From: Spirogloea muscicola
Taxonomy: Eukaryota
NCBI GenBank assembly: GCA_009602725.1
Contig: WELB01000022.1
Span: 1,028,848-1,064,192, forward strand
Reading direction: 5' to 3'
Length of the DNA: 35,345 bases
A program made the position numbers and the translations under genes. The notes below the pieces were generated by a model. It was not told where the DNA came from. It saw only the letters and a program-made list of their open reading frames with translations, and searched no databases. This document shows, piece by piece, positions 31,668-35,345 of this stretch (position 1 is the first letter of the stretch; each line of letters begins with the position of its first letter).

Positions 31668-31905
31668 ATGGCAGCCGCCGCCGCACTGCTTGTCACTACC
31701 GCTCGGCTGACCTGTGTCGGCGTAACCGCCGGGGGCTTCGCGTGAGCAGTCCTCCCTCTTACCCTCCTACCCTCTCACCTTTGTATACACCTGGCTGACT
31801 TCTACAGCCGCTCTTGAAATCAGCAGCCGCGGTCTTAGTACCTCCCGCACCACCATGGCATTGCCAGTCCTGAGCCGTAAACAGATTGCACCTGCAAGTT
31901 CTCTC
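31668..31905 (+). pseudogene. Exon 1 (signal peptide) and start of intron 1 of the LRR-RLK paralog
   Basis: Encodes MAAAAALLVTTARLTCVGVTAGGF followed by donor GTGAGCAG, in the same phase 2 as the gene at 20381. CAGTCCTGAGCCGTAAACAGATTGCACCTGCAAG matches intron 1 of gene 1 at about 20500-20535. Confidence 0.65.
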
Positions 31906-31919
31906 TAGACTTGAATCAC

Positions 31920-34100
31920 CCGGTGGCATCGATCAACTTGGGAAACGTCAACCCAGCACCAAATGCTCCGAGATTCTGGAGCATCTCAATCACGTCGACC
32001 ATTGTTGGCCTCTGTTTTGGAATATCGGAGCAGCAAATTAGCCCCAATCTCAAGGCGCCTCGGACTTCGTCCACTTTCTGGGGACGAATGGAGCTAGCGC
32101 CATATCAACGCACTCCAAAGGCTTCTCGTGTCGATGGCAGAATCGCACCCACGAGATTAAGTTGCCACCACTTGAAATTTTGGTCTGAAAGAAAGGGTCA
32201 ACAGGCCGTTTGCCAGTGACAGTCTCGAGAAGCATCACTCCGAAATTGAAGGCATCGCTGTATGTGGTCAGTTGGCCTAGGGCGCAGTCTGGACCGATAT
32301 ACCCGACTGTGCCTGTCAATGTGTCGTAGGCCTCTCTAGTGTCGTGCAAGAAGGATGTATAGACACATGCTGGTAGAGGCACCTCAGACTGCCTAGCAAT
32401 GATTATAGATCATCTTTCCTGCAACTCATGACGCGTCACAATGCATCATTGGACGCATCATTGTGACGCGTCATGAGTTGCAGGAAAGATGATCTATAAT
32501 CATTGCTAGGCAGTCTGAGGTGCCTCTACCAGCATGTGTCTATACATCCTTCTTGCACGACACCAGAGAGGCCTACGACACAGCTCAACGGACATTGGAG
32601 GGCATCGGGAACTCCCTGCAGCCAGGGTTGACACGTGCGTGTCATGTGCCTGAAAGGTTCGTGCAAGCCCAAAATTCGCCATGTACACTTGACCTTGTCC
32701 ATTCAACCAAGGTGTTGCTTGGCTTGACGTCCCTTTGCAGCACCAGGGATGCACTCGTGATGCACGTACTTAAGCCCAATTGCTGCACCCAACAATACCT
32801 TCTTACGTGCAGCCCAGTGATCAAACCCTTCTGGCTTTGGAGGCACGCCATCTCCCCCGTGAACCAATTGGTCAAGATACCCGCCAGGCAAGAATGGAAG
32901 ATGAGCAGCATGTCCTCGTCGCTGTCATGAGGGATGTACCACTCTATTGCGGGACAGATTGCGGTGATGGATGCGACTCAATACCTCCACCTCAGCTTTC
33001 ACCGATCTCAGTCCTTGCTTGTTAATTGGCGCTAGCTTCTTCACTGCATACTTTTGCCTTCCTTCATCTGCGCATTGGTCAGCGTTTCGCATCGTAGTGA
33101 AAATTTGCCATAAAAAAGCCATAGATAAGAAAAAGACCGGGACAATCAGCACCAAGACTAAGCACCGCTTGCAAGCAGGGCAATGTACGTACACATAGAC
33201 TTTCCCTAAGCCGCCAGACCCAATAATGTGGTTGTCGATGGAATCCTCAGCGTCCATGAGCTCCTGGTAGGTGAAGGGACCTTGGAGTCTGTCCTTAGTG
33301 ATGGACATCTCGGAGCAGAAGCTCTCGACGATGCGCTCCTTCTCTGTCATAGTTTTGTCCTTCTTCCGAGCTAAGCAACACTGGGAGAAGTCCCAGCAAT
33401 AATAGGAGAAGGAGGACAAGAGCCCCAACAACAATGCCGACGATTGCCCCCTTTGATAAGCTCGACGACTTGTGCTCCGGAGATGACGGGGAAGGAGGAA
33501 GAGAACGAGGTGGAGGAGCGGTCTTGCAGGCCACTTAAGGGCCGCCACACAACGCGGCATTGCCAGAGAAGGAGCTGCTGCCGACTGACCAATAGAATAG
33601 CCAGGAATGGGCCCACTGAGGTTGTTGTTTGAGATGCTAAAGAAGAGAGTAAGATTCAACTTAGCGAAGGACGCCGCGATGCTGCCATTGTAATTGTTGT
33701 TGGAAAGATCGAGATAGGTGAGACTTGGCAAGTTGCCTATGCGCTCCGCTATGGGCCCGCTGAATGAGTTGCTTGCAGCCGAAAATGTAACGAGCTTGCT
33801 TAATTTCCCAGTTTCAGGGGGGAGACTGCCGGTTAGGTGGTTGTTGGAAATGACAAGATAGTGAGCGTTTTGCAGACTTCGAATGCTCGCAGGGCTCCTC
33901 CGGTCAAGCTGTTGTGACCTAAGTAAGTAGTCAGTGCACTGCTTAGGTTGCCAAGCCACTCTGGGAATGGGCCAGAAAAAGTTTTATTCTCCACTACCAG
34001 CTCTTGGCAAGTTATCCAGGTTGGAGAAGGTCGTCGGAATCGGTCCTGAGAGGCTGTTGCCAGTGAGGTAGAGCCCGTTGAGCAGCAGAGTCGATGCAAT
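31920..34100 (-). pseudogene. LRR-RLK paralog pseudogene (LRR, TM and kinase part)
   Basis: Colinear with 21850-23950 (FSGPFPEWLGNLSSAL, KDRLQGPFTYQELMDA, YAVKKL, RDVKPSN, NFGLART, GTVGYIGP, ETVTGKRPVDP), with many frameshifts. Confidence 0.9.
32320..32582. repeat. Palindrome with 124-bp arms (1 mismatch) and a 15-bp loop, inside the last intron of the paralog
   Basis: 32320-32443 is the reverse complement of 32459-32582. Confidence 0.95.
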
Positions 34101-34164
34101 CTGCAGTCACCACGTCTGCATTGATACGCGGACCTCCTCCGGGCGGGATGGCTACTAGGTCAGA

Positions 34165-34820
34165 CATTTGGACATTGTCCATTCCTTTAAGGGCTGGCTT
34201 TGCCAGCCCCTCATTTCTATGGGCGAGCCCTTCTTTTTTCGTTTCTTCCATAAGAGGGCGGTGGCTGGGAAAGAGAAGTGGCACTCCCAATGGGGGCAAG
34301 GGCTGTGAGAAGCCAGCCCGAAAAGAATTGACAGAGGTTCGAAGGGGCCAAAGGACGGAGGGGCCTAAAAAGCGCTAAGCAGCTACGAAGGGGCCTGAAG
34401 ATGCTATGTCAGAACGGGGGAGGATGGACCACTCAGTGGTTACGAGTGAGGAGCCTCAAATCCAACAGACTAGCTGCCGGAAAACTATCCCCCTGACGAA
34501 AGCCGGAGGCCGCAGCGAGAGCTACGGCCAGCACGCAGATGCAAGGCGTGGGCCATGGACCGCTGAAACGCTAAGTAAAGGAAGAGGCCGGCAAGGGCAT
34601 GCGAGAAAAATGACACTGCTAGACACAAGACGACGCAATGGGAAACTCAGTAACCCCTGCTTGAGCAGCCGCAGGTCGGAGAAGCAGGGCTCCCGGAAGA
34701 GTGCTTAGTTTTTAGCGCTTTCCCCTTTCTCACACTTTGTTCATTCATTCTTGGGCTGGCCAATCTGGCCGCGCTTTTTTCTTTTTGGGCTGGCCTTTCC
34801 CAGCCCCTATCCTCTATTCT
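34165..34820. mobile_element. Cluster of RLE fragments: + tail at about 34165-34240, family F (-) at 34295-34560, family E-like (-) at 34620-34700, + tails at about 34740-34820
   Basis: Homology to the copies above and the shared hairpin. Confidence 0.7.
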
Positions 34821-34845
34821 CGTACATTATTCCTTCTTTATGAAT

Positions 34846-35345
34846 GAGCCTGTTAGCTTTGCTGCCTGGGCTGACGTTTCTGATGTTAAGGCTCAATCGC
34901 GGTTTTCCCGTGCTGCAGACGAGCAACCACTGGAGCATCTCCGGAGTCTCCTCCAAGGGGATGCTCGAGGCCAGGCTCGGCTCCTATCTGTATCGTCTCT
35001 GGGAGCGTCTGAGTGGCTCCGCGCTTTGCCTTTGCATGCGGGCTTGCGGATGGGAAATGCTTTGTTTTGCGATGCTATGCGCCGCCGTCTTGGCTTACCA
35101 TCCCTGTGCTTGGCAGGGGTGACCCAATGTGAATGTGGGCTGGTTGAGCATGATGCAGTGCTCATGGGTGACCACATGCTCAGGTGTGCCAAAGGCAGTG
35201 AGCGCACGGGCTCCCACAACCTCCTACGTGACGCCATATATGGCATCGTCAAGGAGGCGGGATATCAAGTGGCGTTGGAGAGCACCGGGGTGATGCCCGT
35301 CCAGCTCCGCAAGGGGGTCCCTCGGACGCGGCGTGTCGATCTGGT
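34846..35345 (+). mobile_element. RLE (CRE-like) retrotransposon ORF, open to the window end
   Basis: Uninterrupted frame: ARLLSVSSLGASEWLRALPL..FCDAMRRRLGLP..CECG-x11-HMLRC..HNLLRDA..RRVDL, i.e. CCHC zinc knuckle followed by the start of the RLE domain. It is absent from the ORF track because it has no stop within the window. Confidence 0.88.

Noticed and set aside
31099..31686. Mirror-image ORFs on both strands
   Set aside because: They are a by-product of the palindrome.

Overview
Repeat-dense eukaryotic nuclear DNA, most likely from a streptophyte green alga or another early-diverging plant. That placement is inferred from an intron-containing LRR receptor-like kinase, an F-box/LRR gene and two mitochondrion-derived fragments. 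Genes: (i) an apparently intact 7-exon LRR-RLK on + (20381-23951, about 756 aa) whose kinase lacks key catalytic residues; (ii) a broken paralog (31668-34100) whose exon 1 is on + while its LRR/TM/kinase part is inverted onto -, with two large near-perfect palindromes at the locus; (iii) a frameshifted F-box/LRR gene ending in a RanBP2/NZF zinc finger (-, 6500-7843). Most of the rest is mobile DNA. More than 25 5'-truncated copies or bare 3' tails of several families of RLE-type (CRE-like) non-LTR retrotransposons share a C-terminal ...L(T/S)RGY* motif, and most share a 3' GGGCTGGC-loop-CCAGCCC hairpin. There are also a Ty3/gypsy remnant ending in a PHD finger, a second decayed gypsy, a copia RT/RNaseH-LTR-PBS-gag tandem junction, and a PIF/Harbinger-like MITE carrying an apparent mRNA-capping guanylyltransferase fragment. 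All calls come from reading the sequence by eye; no searches were run. Boundaries of degenerate elements are approximate.
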